Source: Octopus bimaculoides
Taxonomy: Eukaryota
NCBI RefSeq assembly: GCF_001194135.2
Contig: NC_068989.1
Span: 798,728-862,727 of the forward strand
DNA: 64,000 nt
Direction: 5' to 3'
The position numbers and the translations under genes are program-made. The number at the start of each line of letters is the position of its first letter. Within the stretch, counting starts at the first letter, position 1. Positions 14,679 through 29,789 of the stretch are shown piece after piece. The notes under the pieces were generated by a model. The model did no database searches. It saw nothing but the letters and a program-made list of their open reading frames with translations, and was not told the origin of the DNA.

Positions 14679-14804
14679 CTATAAAAGGTCTGGACTGGCA
14701 AGTGGAATTACTTGGCAAATTGAATGATGTCGACGTTTTTTCAAGACACCACGATGTGTGTTGAGGTATTCTCGGAAGAAGGCCACAGTACTGTTCCATC
14801 CTTG
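14679..14804 (-). CDS. Patatin gene last coding exon ([14 protein letters not shown]...ASPDLL*)
   Basis: Acceptor ttttgtgtcttgcag; TAG stop at 14681-14679. Confidence 0.9.
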   Translation of the reverse strand, partial: QGWNSTVAFFREYLNTHRGVLKKRRHHSICQVIPLASPDLL

Positions 14805-14876
14805 CTGCAAGACACAAAATAAACCAATATTAGATTCTTCAAAGATGTAAAAAAAATCGATACAGATGAACAGAAG

Positions 14877-14911
<35 letters not shown>

Positions 14912-17794
14912 TATGCAGGCATTGGCACACTTAAAGCACAAATATACACCACATTAAATACACTGTCTATATATCTGTGGTTATGTAGATATTATACGCA
15001 CAACTATACACTGCATTAAATATACTGCTTACATCTGTGATATCCGATCTGAATATTTACAACAGATGTAGCTTGCTAAAGGCATCCAAGTATAAGGCGG
15101 TTGTGTTAAATTGGGGGTGGATTAACTCTATTATTCAAAAACAGCAACAGTCCTTCTGGTAGGCTTTCCTACAAAGCTTCTGTCCACCAAATTCCACTTA
15201 CAGGCCATTGGCTGACTCAAGGGACACTTGGCCCAATGTGCCACACAGAATGATCCCGAAACAATGGTATCTTGGGGCAAACTTCTGAACCACACAACTG
15301 TGTTTATGGAGTTGCTGTTGACACACGTCATATAACGAGCCATCTTAAAGGTAGCTCTACCATTAAACTTACATTTCACTGATGGTGTTTAATAAAATCA
15401 GAACATGTCCACAGTTGTCTACCCATGCTCTCTACACCATGTTCACTTCTGTTTTTAATTAACTTTTATTAATCTAAGTATTGCAATGATCCCCTTAGCC
15501 TTTCTTGACCACAATTAGGTTGATATTTTGTATTGTTATGCATGTAAGATAAATGAATTGATTCACTGCATTAAGTGTGTAAGCACTGATTTAACTATTA
15601 GTTTATTTGCTGAAGAGACTCCAGGGTACCCCCACCCCCCACTATTAATCATATCACTTTCTTTTATTCTCATGCAGGTAAAGGTAGGAAGACACATAAA
15701 TATCATAGCCTTTTATCCCATGACTAAATTTCTGGGTGTGTTTTGGGAATAGGATTTTTGATTGTACATGCTTCAGAATAAAGCAAAACTAGCTTTATCA
15801 TAAAGCGTCAAAGTTTCTCAATTTTACATTTTCTGACCCTTTCTTTTTTTTATGTTTGTAAGTTGTGAGAAGATGAGGAAAGGTGAAAGAACGAAAGAAC
15901 TGAGACAAAATATAAAAGTTCTGTTACCCTAATCAGGAACTGTTTGTCTTCGTCTTCCAAACAGAAGTCTCTGGTGTCAATATAACCTGTGTTTATACCA
16001 ACCGTACGGTGTTTATCTCGTTCCTACAATAGTACCAAAAAAATATAACAATGAGATGTAGTAGTAGTACACATATTAATGAATAATTACATTGGTAGAT
16101 GACCATTTGAAGGACATAGGTAGCAGAAGTGACCTTGTATATATAACTGATATTTTTTAATCAACTCCAGGAAGGTGAATGGGTAGAATCGACACTTGCA
16201 ATTGTTGACCTTTACACTTGTATCTGTCCCTCATGTACCTTTAATCTCTCAGCCAGCACAAAGCCACTCCCTCTCAGTACTACTTTTGCTCTCCTAGTTG
16301 AAGGGGTTTCGTGCGACCCTGTCAATACTGGTGTCATGTAAAGAGCACCTGAGCCAGTGCCACATAAATAGCACACATTTTGTAAAATGGAAGGGCATCC
16401 AGCCAGAGGAACTGTGCCAAAGCAGACAGTGGAGTCTGGTGCAGTTCTCTGGCTTGCCAGCGACTATCAAACCATCTAACCCATGCCAGCACGGAAGGTA
16501 GACATTAAACGATGATGATGATGATGAGATTAAATATAATCAGGCATTTGTTCTCTTGCTGTACAGTTTCTGACACTTCAATATCTTTAGTGTTGCATAT
16601 ATTGAAATATATTGCTATCTGGGTATCATACTCAATGTAGACACACCATTCGATAAAATCTCTTTGTCGGCTTTTGATAAAAAAAAACATTATATATTGC
16701 AGCAAACAAACATCATTGCTGCAGTGATTCATGAGAAAGACAGATGCATTTCACCATTTCTGGAGACTTGTCAATGCCATGCACCTGATTCCTGCTTATT
16801 TGTGCATGGTTTTACATCTACTTGCATTTTTACATGATTACCGTTTACTATGGAAAATACTGACTTCCAGGCTGTGTGTCTTTTAGTATATATTATATAT
16901 ACTACCTAATGGTGAATTAGTTTATACACTTATATGTGAAGGCATGTGGCTCAGTGGTTAGGGTTTTCAGCTCACAGTTGTAAGGTCGTAGGTACAATTC
17001 CCAGCAGCACATTATCCTTGAGCAAGACACTTTATTTCACATTGCTCCCGTCAACTCAGCAAAAATGAGTTACAGTATTAGGTCCATTTCAGCAGATTTT
17101 TACCAATTGGCTTTGTAGATTAGAGTTCAGGGAAACCTAATCCTGGTCCCTGGAAGAAGGGTTCGTGGGAAGGTCATGGTGATGGTTCTTTGTTGCTGGA
17201 GGCGGAGAAGTGTGACAGTTGAGAAAAGTTAGAATGAAAGAAAAAGAAAAAATCATGGGAGTTGAGAGAAGAAACTTTTTAGAAAGTTATGCCCCTTGGC
17301 AGCAGCAAAAGTGGTCACAAATGATTATGGAAACAATATTAATAATAAAATATAACATATATAAAACTAATATCAATACCTGTACGAACGCTCGTTTAGT
17401 ATTCGTCAACATGGTCTCCGTTAATGCTGAAAGGTAAGATTGTAGGTCATAGACTGGTCTGCCAAAGTATCCAAGAAAGCGAGACTGAACATTAATTCCT
17501 TTTGTTTCAAGAAAGTTAACCAATTCTTGATACTCGATCTACAATAAGAAAAGAATACAATGACCAGAATCAGTGGATTAATGTGAAAATGACACGGCAC
17601 CGAGACCTCGGCTGTGATGGCAAAAGCAATGGAACTAAGAGGATTTTTGCTTTCTGAATCAAAATAAGCCAATTCTTATACAATGAGTTTGAATATGTGA
17701 GCAATTAAGATCTGTAATTTAAAGACACTCAGAAATACATGTGTGGGTAAAGATTTATGCATGCACTCACATATATATATGTATATACATGTAT

Positions 17795-17827
<33 letters not shown>

Positions 17828-18215
17828 CACACACATATTCTTTTACTTGTTTCAGTCATTTGACTGTGGCCATGCTGGAGCACCACCTTCAAGGGTTTTT
17901 TAGTTGAACAAATTGACCCCAGGACTTATTGTCATTACAGTTACTTTAAGATTAGGGCTGCTTGTAGACAGTTTGATGCATTCTATATCAATATCATTCA
18001 GGGTGAATCACACACACACACTTATTCCTATATAAACATACACGTGTGTGTATATATTTATACACACATGCAGGCATACACATATACTCATTACATATAT
18101 CTGTGTGTATACACACATGCACACATACATGTATGTACATGCGTGTACACACACACACACACACACACACATATTATAAGAGACTATGATGATAGATGGG
18201 AGAAGGCATTGAGAA

Positions 18216-18254
<39 letters not shown>

Positions 18255-21200
18255 ATGGCTGAAGGCACAGAAAGTGGGTGATTGGTAGAAATAGTGTGGG
18301 CAGGGATGCTTATCAGGAATGGGAGTGGCTCCGAGGGGAGTGAGGGACATCACCACCAGAAGGGAGGGGATGTAATCTGTGCTGAGTCTGCTTTCAGCTG
18401 ATTACAGCAGCCAAGTGGTACCACAGGGAGTGATAGGAATTAGGGGATGAGAATCATGGGAAATGCTTGATGAGGCAGAGAGAGAGGTAGGGGTAAGGCC
18501 CTGCATGTATAAGCATACCAAGTGGTTTTGGGATATCAATTTTTGCAGCACTGATTATCTTGTTCCTTTGTCATCTCCTCAGTCAAGTACCGGGGTCGAT
18601 GTAATCGACTAGTCCCCTCCCCCAGCATTGTACCTTTTGTAGAAAGGATTATTTTCAAAGGGTAAAAATCTAGAAAGAAATGAAAACTTCGTTATCGACT
18701 GTTAAAGTAAGTATGCATTTTTGAGACACCCTCTGTGTGCGTGTGTGAGTGTGAGCAAAATAGTGTCATCTTTATTTGTGATGTGATTAATCAAAGCTTA
18801 CCTCATTGTTCTGATTAGTGTCCAAATAATCAAAGACATACTCAATATCATGTTCACTTCTAACAACTTTGTCAAACAGGAGGATATGGTCTTGGTAATT
18901 TAGCTCAGAATCCTAAACGAATGAAAATCATTAGTAAAATTATCTGTTATAATTAATACAACAATAGTATTTAACCTACATCCGTACATCACAAAAATGA
19001 ATTAAGAGAAATGATTCTGAGTGGTCAGTGGCCTGAATTTGGACAACAAACCCAAAGAGACATATATTAAGTGCTGTACAAGATAAATTCTTGATTTATT
19101 GAAGCTGTCTTTATTTTGAGAGAAGGTAAACAAATGCCTGGCGAAACTTGAGTAACACTGAATGAGAAGTGGAGATAGAACTCAAGAATAAAGAATTTCC
19201 TAGAATTGATGGACATTATAGAAAAGCAGTTGTTTTTTTTCTGGGTATGGGAAGACAGTTAAATGGCAGTGATCAATAGAGTAGTCGTCCTGGGTTGGTT
19301 CCAGGAAACACAAAGCTTAGGCAGCATACAAAACAGCAGCAAACATTTGCATCATTAAAAGAAAAGGAGCTAATATATATATATATACATGTATATTAAT
19401 CCATTTCTATATACACACGGAGAATATATATATATATATATATGCATTCATACATACGTGTGTATCTACTACATATGTGAGAAATTCTGTCTGTAGGTGT
19501 GTTTGTGGATAAGACGAGGTCACAAGTTAAGTGGTCAGTCTCAACCAGAAATAGGCTGAAAAGAAGCTCTCCTAGAGAGATAGCAAACACAGGAATGGCC
19601 TTTATCATTTATTACAATCAGATTTTGTGCCTTGTCAGAATTTTTATTTGAGCGCACAATCTTTTGCTTCCTATGAAAGAGATGCACTCTAATGGTCAAG
19701 AGGTCCCTCTGCTGCCAACATCAGCAGGATGAAGAGTTTGGTCTGCTGAATCTAATGATGCATGGACATGCATTAAAGCTGCAGGGTCTGCATTGCCCCT
19801 GGATACTTAAAAGTTTTAGTTTGTGAAGCGTAATTTCTTGCAGCTTGTCTCTTTGCGGGTCAGGCAAAGACCAAAACTGGGTTTCAGAAATGTGATCAGG
19901 CTCCCACAGTTGTTTGTCAGTGGAATAACATGGCCAGTGTTACATCAATGCTTACATTCTATGGAGAAATGGTGAGCCTGAATGAAACCATTGTCAAAGA
20001 GATTCTCAGCAATGACAATTTACTGAACAGCCTGTTCCAAATAACTTTCAACACAAAGACTATGGACAACTTCAAAGAATCCCTGGTCTGTTGTTGGAGA
20101 GGAGTATTGCCAATTTTGGATAAACTTTACAGGCACTGTTGCAGCATCAGCCAGACTTTTGTCTCAGAAATATGCAGGTCAATTAAATCATTCTAAACAC
20201 ATTGATTCAATGTCCAAGCAATGTTGACTTGTAGAGTTATGTTGACCAGCATTGTTGCATGTGAGACAAATCCAGTTGATAGCAAAGTCCATTGTGAGCA
20301 TCACCCTGCCACCTTCCTTTGACCAACTGAAACAGGAAGTTTTCCTGTCTGGTGGCCACCCCTTGCAAAAGAGACTGCTTAGCAGACATGACTAAACAGG
20401 CAGAAGCCATATATTCTTCATGGTCCAGGTTTTTTTTTAAATTCGTCAAGTCCCACTTACACTGGCTTTAAACCTACATATTAAGGTGCAGTCAAGTTAG
20501 ATTCCTTTGGACATGAGATGGACGAAAAATATAAAAATAAAATGTGAAATTTTAGAAGACAAGAAACAAACCATTCCAAAGACAGGCATTTCAGATTAAA
20601 ACCATTTTAGAAGCCCACAATTCTGAAGTGTAATACTCACAAGTAAGGCAGCAGTTAACATTTTCATATCGATGGTTCTTCGGTGTTGTGGGTTATGTTT
20701 AGCAATGGCCTGAAATAATAGAAATATAATTGCTACATAGCTTTTATTTTAATAAAATTTAATTTGTATTAAAGTACCGGTCTTCATGGAAATACAATGA
20801 AACAAGAGGGGTACTTGTAGTGGTATGTAGAGCATGTGATGGAGAATGACTGAATGAAAGCAAATGAAATGAAAGGAGAAACATGGTCCTCACCAAACCC
20901 ATCTGATTGTCCCATCAACTTACATCCTCCTCCATCTCATCTGTTGTACCACCAAACAGCACACTCTGCCAGGTGACCTCTATTGCTAACCAATGCCCAC
21001 CCTTAAATCTCTAGGATGCCCTCTACCCCTTACTGCATCCCTGGCCAGACCTCATGGCCACATTGTTTGATATCCGACTAAGTATATTTTTTTATAATTT
21101 CACAAAGTAATCACAATTAATTATCAGAATTAATTATCAGAATCTCACTGATATTAATTCTTAAAAAAATACAAGAACAGTTTGTAGAGTCAATATTCTT

Positions 21201-24200
21201 CAACATTTATTCCAAACTGTGTTTGTGATGACTCGTGGTAAAGGTCGTACTTTCAAGACCTGATTCTCAGTCTCTTCATTTCTGTTAGCATCTTTGGGAA
21301 ATGCATGAACACCACATCATGTTGATTTCCTTATTTTTGTATAAATCTAAGCCCATGACCCTTCCACAAGAAATCAATTTGCATATTCTACAATAATATA
21401 AATATTCTAATATATTCTTTGATTTCCATACTTTTGACATGTTTGAAAATACTAACCTTCACCAATTTATCAAAAGCATTACAAATCTCTTCATGTTTTG
21501 TACATTCCTGGAATTTCTTGCTGGTGTTTTCTTTTCTCTTCCTGTAAAATAATGTCAGAATGTGAACATGTCAAAATAATTCATTCCTACAGAATGAATA
21601 ATAAACAACTTAACAAACATACTGCTTGGTGTCTCTGCTTATTAAATAAGATTTTAAATTTTCACATTTTATTTTCCATATATTCTCTCAAATTTAAAAA
21701 AAATTCTGAGGATTTTGATGGCAAATCTTGTTGTTCTTCAGGATAATTCTCACTGACAAATCACAAATCCCATCAGAGAGATGGCCCTGCTTAATATGTG
21801 GAAAAGGTGTAAGTAGAAACTAGAAAAGATGTACTTGGTGCAAGCTCATAATAGAGCTCATAAGAAGTGCAGCAGTATCAGGGGAAGGTTAACAGAGAAA
21901 GTAGTATTTGTGTGTAACAGATATGTAGGCAACTGCATGAGGGGTCCTTCGAAGAAGTAGAGAGCTTCCATTATCTAAATGGTCAAGTCAGCAGTGGCAG
22001 AGGATGTTCAGAGACTTTAGATCCGTGGTTCCCAACCCAGGGTCTGCAGACTACTGGGAGTCCATGAACTAAATTCAAAATTTCACACACACACATACAA
22101 GGATAAGCATATGGAAAGGGGTCCATGGGAAAACTCATTTAAATAAAAGGGTTGGGAACCACAGCTCTAGATGCTAGAATAAGAATGGGTCGGGTAAAGT
22201 TCAAAGAGCTTCGATTTTTGTTGGTAACAAAGGGCCTCTCCGTCAGAGTGAAAGCTAGATTGTATGATGCCTGTGTGGGAACAGCTGTGTTACATGGCAG
22301 TGAAACACAGGGCTGTGACTGCAGAGGACTTGGAAAGGCTTGAAAGAAATGAAGTTAGCATGCTCTGGTCAAAGTGAAACTGTCTAACCCATGCCAGCAT
22401 GGAAAACTGATGCTAAATGATGATGAAGACACACAGACAGACATACATAGATAAAAATAAATAAATTCATAAAACAAGAAGATGGAATGAAGAGGCTTTA
22501 ATTACAAATCGCAATGATTGCTGTATGTTGGCATGTGATAGCTGATAACTGTAGAGGAGCTTTGAAATGCACATTATGAGGTTATTATGACAATCTAAAG
22601 CCATGCCACTGACCCATTTAAGTTACTTTCCTTAGCTCACATTTTGGAATTAAGCAAATCATACTGGTCAGAATTCTTTGTAAATCTATTTCTGTTTGTC
22701 AAAGTCTATGGTCAGAGAAAAAAGGTAACTCTAAGTCGGTAGGCATTAGTAAAAATCAGATGTATAATTGTTTACAAGATGGAATATAACAGCTTACTTG
22801 GATAGTTTGGTCTCTGGGTATTCAGGGAGTGTGCCACATCCATTGTCTTTGAGTCGGTCTTCCAAATGGGTCCTCATAATCTCTGGTTCATCGTCTGAAA
22901 ACTGATTAGATTAAAACATTGTAAGTAAAGAACATTGATTAGTATATACAAGTACATTTCTCATCATCATAGGTTTAATGTCTACTTTTCCATGCCAGTT
23001 GGGGTAAAGTTTCCTATGATCTGATACTGTTCTTGTCACCAACCCTTGCTTGTTTTCAAGGCAGGTAATAACAAACAGCTGCGATATGCTTGCACAGAGA
23101 GCGGTCAACAAGCAACATTGCGTGAAGGAGTGTTTTGTTTATGAAGACTGCAAATGTCAGGACATATGAAGAAACCCAGACATACTTTACTTTTCTTAAA
23201 TTATATTGTTACTAAAAATATTGCTTATGAGCAGTGAATGAAGACACATGAAGTAAGAGGGAAACACGAACTTACACACACACACACACACACACACTGG
23301 TGCGCTGGGTTTTTAGTTTCTTTCTAGCAAATCCTTTGACAATGCTTTGGTCAGTCCAGGACTATAGTAGAAGACACTTGCCCATGGCGACACGCAGTGG
23401 GACTGAACTTAAAACCATGCAGTTGGGAAGTAAACTTCTTAACCACACAGCCAGCCTGGCACCTATCAATTGGTATTTGTTGTCTCACAGAGGCACACAA
23501 TTATTATCATAAATGGTTCCTCTCTCTGTCCATTTCTTCATGACAGCATAAATCAGAAACATTTGCAAACAGTTCAATCCAGCAAAATTTATAGTGTGAC
23601 ACCATGACCACCACTTGCAAATTCATACATTGATTTAGGTTGGATTGGCTGCTCTCCTAAATGTAGTCATTCACGGATTAGATTTGGATTGATGTTTGGC
23701 CCCAAAAGGTTTAAATATCTTTTCTAGGAACAGAGGGAAGTGATATTTCAAGCTGCAGGTCAGCCTCACAATTCGTTCATTTAATTTTTAAAAACTTTCT
23801 TAACTTCCATCTATCTTAAGTCAAATTGTTAATCTGTTATAATACACCAGTGTGTGTGTGTGTGTGTGTGTGTGAATTAACATTTTGTCTGTAACTTTTG
23901 AATGTAATGAATTACTAGAGAGGGGTTACTGAAAAGGGAGAGATCTAATGTGAAGAGGAGAAGTGAGAGATGGAGAGAGAGAGGGAGAGAATGTGAATTA
24001 GAAGGGAAGGAAGAAAGAAAGAGTGTTATGGCAGTTTCATTATTTAAATATTTACTCCACTGGAATTGATATGGCACAGTGGGTGAGAACGGTTTTATTT
24101 ATTTCTTGGAAATTAAAGAGAGACAGTGGAAGGATCTGTGTGTGTGGAAGTAAAAAATGACGGCTGATGTATAAAAGGCAGGTTTGAAATAAGAATAAGA

Positions 24201-27200
24201 TATGTTAACCATGGAATGGGGGCAGGTGAAGGGATTCCAGAGAAGTAGACAAATGCCAAGCAACAACAGTAGAGGACCCAAGATGCTAGAGAGAGATTAG
24301 ATTGCAGACATGCAGCAGCAGTGAGGTGAGTTGAAGCGACTCAAAGTTGACTCAGTTGAAGAAAGAAAGAAAGAAGGAAATTAAAGACAGAACAGGAACT
24401 GGAGAGTAAAATAGATAAAAATTTAAATAAATACAACTGAAGAAGAATGAGAAAGAAGAGAAGAAATGAATTAAGGAATATTGAGAGTTGTCAAAGAATT
24501 GAGGATCAAACATGAAGAATTGTTACAAGATTAGAAAATGAAACTGAAGACCCACAGGGAAGAAATTGAAAAGAGCCAAAGAGAACAGGAAGCAGAAGTT
24601 GTTAGTAATACGAGGAGACATAGCTGGATGTTGTATATAACTCACTAAACATATTCTGAAATGAATATATGATTCTGGTGGAGAATTTACCATTAATATA
24701 TCTCAGACCTTTTGGTTACTTCAATGAAGACTTAAAAAGCTGAACCATTGGGTTGAAGTCCCTTTTGTTTGAGAATACACAAGTTAATTATATCGTTGCA
24801 CCTAATAATATGCACCCAAGAGAAGGACACGAAGGAAGAAACTAATATAGGATGCATCTCTGAACTTATGACCATTCTCGATAAGAATTACCAGAAATGT
24901 TAATGCAATGGCATCCAAGATGCTATGAGGAGGAAGAGGAGGAGGAGAAGAAGAAGAAGAGCAGACTCAAAGAGACAAGCATGACACTTAAAGAGAGACT
25001 GTTCTGTTGACAGAAGAATTTATGATTTACCAACAGCGGAGGAGAAGGCATTGGTGTTGAGGAATGGAGATAAAATTTCACCATTTGCGAGAGAGACTTC
25101 CATGAAATCCAGAAGAACAAGAAGACCGTTTAAATCTGAATAAATCCAAAACTTGGCTTGTGATATAGAATAATTTATTGAAAGTCTCTGATGGACCAAG
25201 CCGACAATTTGATTAGCCAGGTGCTGAAAGAAGAATAAGAGATAATGGTTGGAACAAGGTTGGAATTTTGCATCCCAAAATGTCACAAACTGTGCTAAGA
25301 GATCAATTTAATCCTATCTGGCATGGGGGCAAGTTATTGACATGGGAGTTAATAACTGAAACTATGTCAATGGCTCAAGCGAATTCCATTTCCTTGCATC
25401 CATCCACAAAACATTATTATCTGTGTGAATTCCCTTGGAATATTCTCAAAGAATAGAACTGCTCTTCTGATAATAGATGAAGCATCCATGTTCTTTGTGA
25501 ATGCACTACATATAACAGATACTCTATTGAAAAAACTGTAATGAGGGAACATTGAACTCTTCAAGAGAATGTTTCTTCTTCTTAGCAAAAATGTTCATCG
25601 AGCAGCATGGTCTGTTCTACTGTGTTGCTGTAGACAGGAGATAAGACTAGAAGTAATGGAGACAATTTAATACAAACATCATGTTAATACCTTGAGAAAA
25701 AAAGCATCAAATGAAGATATAGCAGAGACCAGAAATGGGGATTTGCTAACCTTAATAATCAACAAATGCTTTTATTGAATACATTTTCAAGAAAATAATC
25801 CTAACTCCAAACAACGAAGGTGATGTTCTGTAACTAAATAATAAAGTTCTGAATTTCTTGGTTGCCAGACGACATTACAGAATATAAGAGCATAAACAAA
25901 ATTGCAGCTGGAGATGATGTGCAAGCTGTAAATTATCTCCAAAATTTCTGAACCATTTTATTCCTTTGGCTTACTTCCTTGTGAGCCAAACCTAAAAGTT
26001 GATTCCATTGTTCACACGTTACCTCAATTCCAGGAAGATTCTGCTGAGGGGAACTAGATTAATCATCAACAATTTATCAGTCATCAACAATTTATCAATC
26101 CACTACATCACTCTAGAAATTATCCCTGGCAAGAAAAGAGAATATATGAATCAAGTGAATGGATTTAGTACCAAGTGATAAGGCATTACTCTTTACTTTG
26201 TAAAGATGGCAGTTTCACTCTTATCCCTTCATTTGTTAAATCTATTAACAAATCTTTTGATACAGTTGCAGTATATTTACCAAAACCTGTATTTAATCCT
26301 GGCCAATTGTATGTGGTATGTGGACTTAAGTAGCACTAGAAATAACTTGAGCCTACTTCCTAATACCAACCACTTTACACCGTTTACTCTGACTGGTTAT
26401 CAAGTCCTCAGTCACATTAAAGTGTCCTCTAGATCTGATCACATCTTTGCCTATTTGTCATTCACTTTACAGAATGTATTGAGTGTGTTTTAGCATGGCA
26501 TCGGGTCTACTAGTGAGGCAGCAACAAGTGTAAAAGGATAAATTGGAGAGAGAGAGAGAGAGAGAGAAAGAGACAGTACCAGGATAAGTGGCTGAAGAGA
26601 GGAGGAGCATAAAGAGAGAAACAGAGTAGGAGAAGGTAATGAAAGAAAGAGAAAGAGGGACAGAGGTGGCAGCTAAAAGTCTGTTGGGGTGGGGGGGGGG
26701 TGATAGTAACAGATAGATGATGGTTAGAGAGATTGATGGATGACAGTAAGAAAAACCTGGGATATGGATAGTGGTGGCCATCGGTAGAGAAAGGGTGATG
26801 GTGGAGTGTATTGGTTATGAATTTACCCTTCGTAAATAAGTGTGTCGATTGGGGAGAGAGGTAGCATATTAGGGATAGTGGAAGTGGGGATTGGTTATTG
26901 AACAGATTCAGTGCCATCCCTTGTTACTCTGGTAATCTCGTGTAATAAATAGGAGGGAAGGTGCCAGAGATGAGACATCTCCGGTGCCTTCTGAGATCCA
27001 CAGGCAGCATTATATAATGAACGAAAGATGGGGGTGAATGGAAAAAGGGGATGAAAAAGGGTGATACTGGGGTACATTAATTCTGAACAGACTCAAATGA
27101 AATTTCACTGGGATTTTTATTATTCAAATACACTCTACACTGTCATATCATTAGATTGGATTAGAAATATTCCTGTAAACTGCAATCTATTGAGGCTGCA

Positions 27201-29386
27201 AATGATAATTTTATTTATTCCTTATAATGGCACAAGTAATTCTATTATTGGTTGAGATAAGTCATACAAAGGAAAACAAATGTATTTCAGCACCCAAACT
27301 CTATAAGCAATCTAAAAGGAATTTAACAGAATACCAATTCTATTTGCTGTCATCTTTGATGGCATAGTTATAAACTAAATAAATATATCCTCTCAGATTA
27401 AAATGAAACCAAAACATTTACAAAAAAAAAGTCATAATTGCTAATATTTCATTCACAGAAACAATAAAAACAAATATATAAAAATAACATACCAAGAGAA
27501 ATCCAATCGTCTTTTCATTAAAGGTACCAAATCTGACTGATTTGTCAAAGAATTGCAACAATTTATCAAGAGGACGAAGTCGATTAAGGAAAGTATCTTC
27601 TGGTGCCATTGAAAGCCACCAACCTGGGAAAGAAGATACATTTTTTTAAAATGAAGAGCTTGTATAATATTTCCCCATGGCTGGACATGTTTATGCAGAA
27701 TATCGAAAATAAACGACACTGCTTGTATGACATTGACACTCCTTTACAACTGTCAAGACAAGGAGAAGAAGGAAACACACACACGCATATACATAAATGA
27801 TGGGTTTCTTCTAGTTTCCCTCAACCAAATTCATTCACAAGGCTTTGGGTGGTCTGGGGCTTTAGTAGAAGATATTTGCCCAAGGTGCCACACAGTGGAA
27901 CTGAAACTGTGATTATGTGGTTGGGAAGCAAACCTCTTCACCATACACCAAAGCCATCTATATATTATATTTAGTGTAAATACATCATTAAAAGGCAAAT
28001 TTACTGCAGTATTTGTCCAGGGAAAACATCTTATGGATGTGCTGTATTTAAAACCAATTTAAAATCAAAGGAAGATGAAAATCATCCCCACAGTGGCTAG
28101 TGAGAATGCTGGATGTATTTCAGCTTCATTGAGCATTGTCAATGGCATGTACTTTGAGGGATCAGTATAGTCTCTGCCAGAGTTAAACAGTATAGTCTCT
28201 GCTAAATATCCCTGCTGAGAGCTTGCTGATACAGATTGATAAGATTTGTGCAAATTTTACATGAGTAGAAGCTTTTTTTTAACAATTTTCACCCTGAAAA
28301 TCACCTGTTACTTGTGTTTTAAAGTGAAAAAGAGGAGAAAGTGAAAGAACGTATGAACGTGTATATGTAATGGATGTGTGTGTGAGTGAGAGAGAGTGCC
28401 ACTTACACATACATGAGAACACACACGTTCACTTTCTCTCTCTCTCATGCACACATGCACATGTACATACAAAAAAGATGTACGCATATGTATTGATGTA
28501 TGTACGTATACATGACAACACACCCCTTCACTCACTCACTCTCTTTCTCTCTTTCTTTCACACACACATGTTCATACATCTTTCACTTTAAAACAAAAGT
28601 AAATAAATTGAAATTTTTTACAGAAATTAACAAACTCTGGATGATGAAATCACATTCAGTTAAAAATATTTCTAAATGATTAAGACATTGTGTACGTCAA
28701 AAAGTCAACGTTTTTTTTCCTTAGAGAGCACGAAGACTATGCATGTGTATATGTCACGCATAACGGATGTGTGTTTGTGTTGATTGGCACACCATGACAT
28801 TCATTATATGTGTGTGTATGTGTGCTGATGTCATGAAAGCCATTTTTTTTTCATCAAGAAATAACAAACAAAAATTGAGTTTAATCGTTTAAATAGCAGT
28901 GCAAATATCACAAAAATTTGTACTGCACTGCCAAAGGAAAGTATGAAAATAAATATGCAAAAAAAAAAATAAGATAAAATATACAATTTCTGAGGTATTT
29001 TGAGTACACACAAACATCTCTAGAGTTTTAGTATTATTGAGATTCTAATTTCCTCATGCACACACACACACACACACCACTCAAGTTTATAAATTATGTT
29101 TACAGCTTATCCAGTGTTAGCTTTAATTTCATTTCTTAAAAGTAAACTCATGTAGCACCACATGTTTATCTGAATAACTACTATGTCATTCTTGTCACGT
29201 CATTTTCGTACTTAGTTACACCAAAGGATAAATTTTTCTGAACCGACAATATCCTGTTGCAAATTCTGCAGCCACCTCCCTACCACCACCTTCTCCCTTT
29301 CTTTTTCCACTTAGTTGTATACTTCCAGTATTTCTTCACATCCTTTATTTCTTTCATCTTTCTCCTTTCTTTTTTCTCTTCTCCTC

Positions 29387-29417
<31 letters not shown>

Positions 29418-29734
29418 CCCTACTCTCTAAATTATTTCTCCAAACCCCTTAAAGTCCTTCATTAACTTTGAGAAAGGCATAAGGTTTGATATAATTTTTA
29501 TGAAGCTGTTAGCTAGTCATTAATTAATGAACGAATATCTGTTTTAGCTACTTTGTTTAAGATATAAAAGTGTGATTCCTGCAAACATGCGATTCACATA
29601 CAGGTATGACAATGTGGTTAAGAAGTTTGCTTAGAACCATGTGTCTGATGGTTCAATACCATGGTGTGGACACTGTTGGGCTGGTGTTCTATACAATTGT
29701 TGTGGGTTAATCAATAAAAGAAATTGGTGGACAA

Positions 29735-29789
<55 letters not shown>

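Noticed and set aside
26467-26917. Hydrophobic minus-strand ORFs (104 and 135 aa) as a membrane protein or extra exon
   Set aside because: Derived from CT-rich low-complexity sequence, and exons 5 and 6 already join in frame. It may be a retroelement remnant but I could not assign it.
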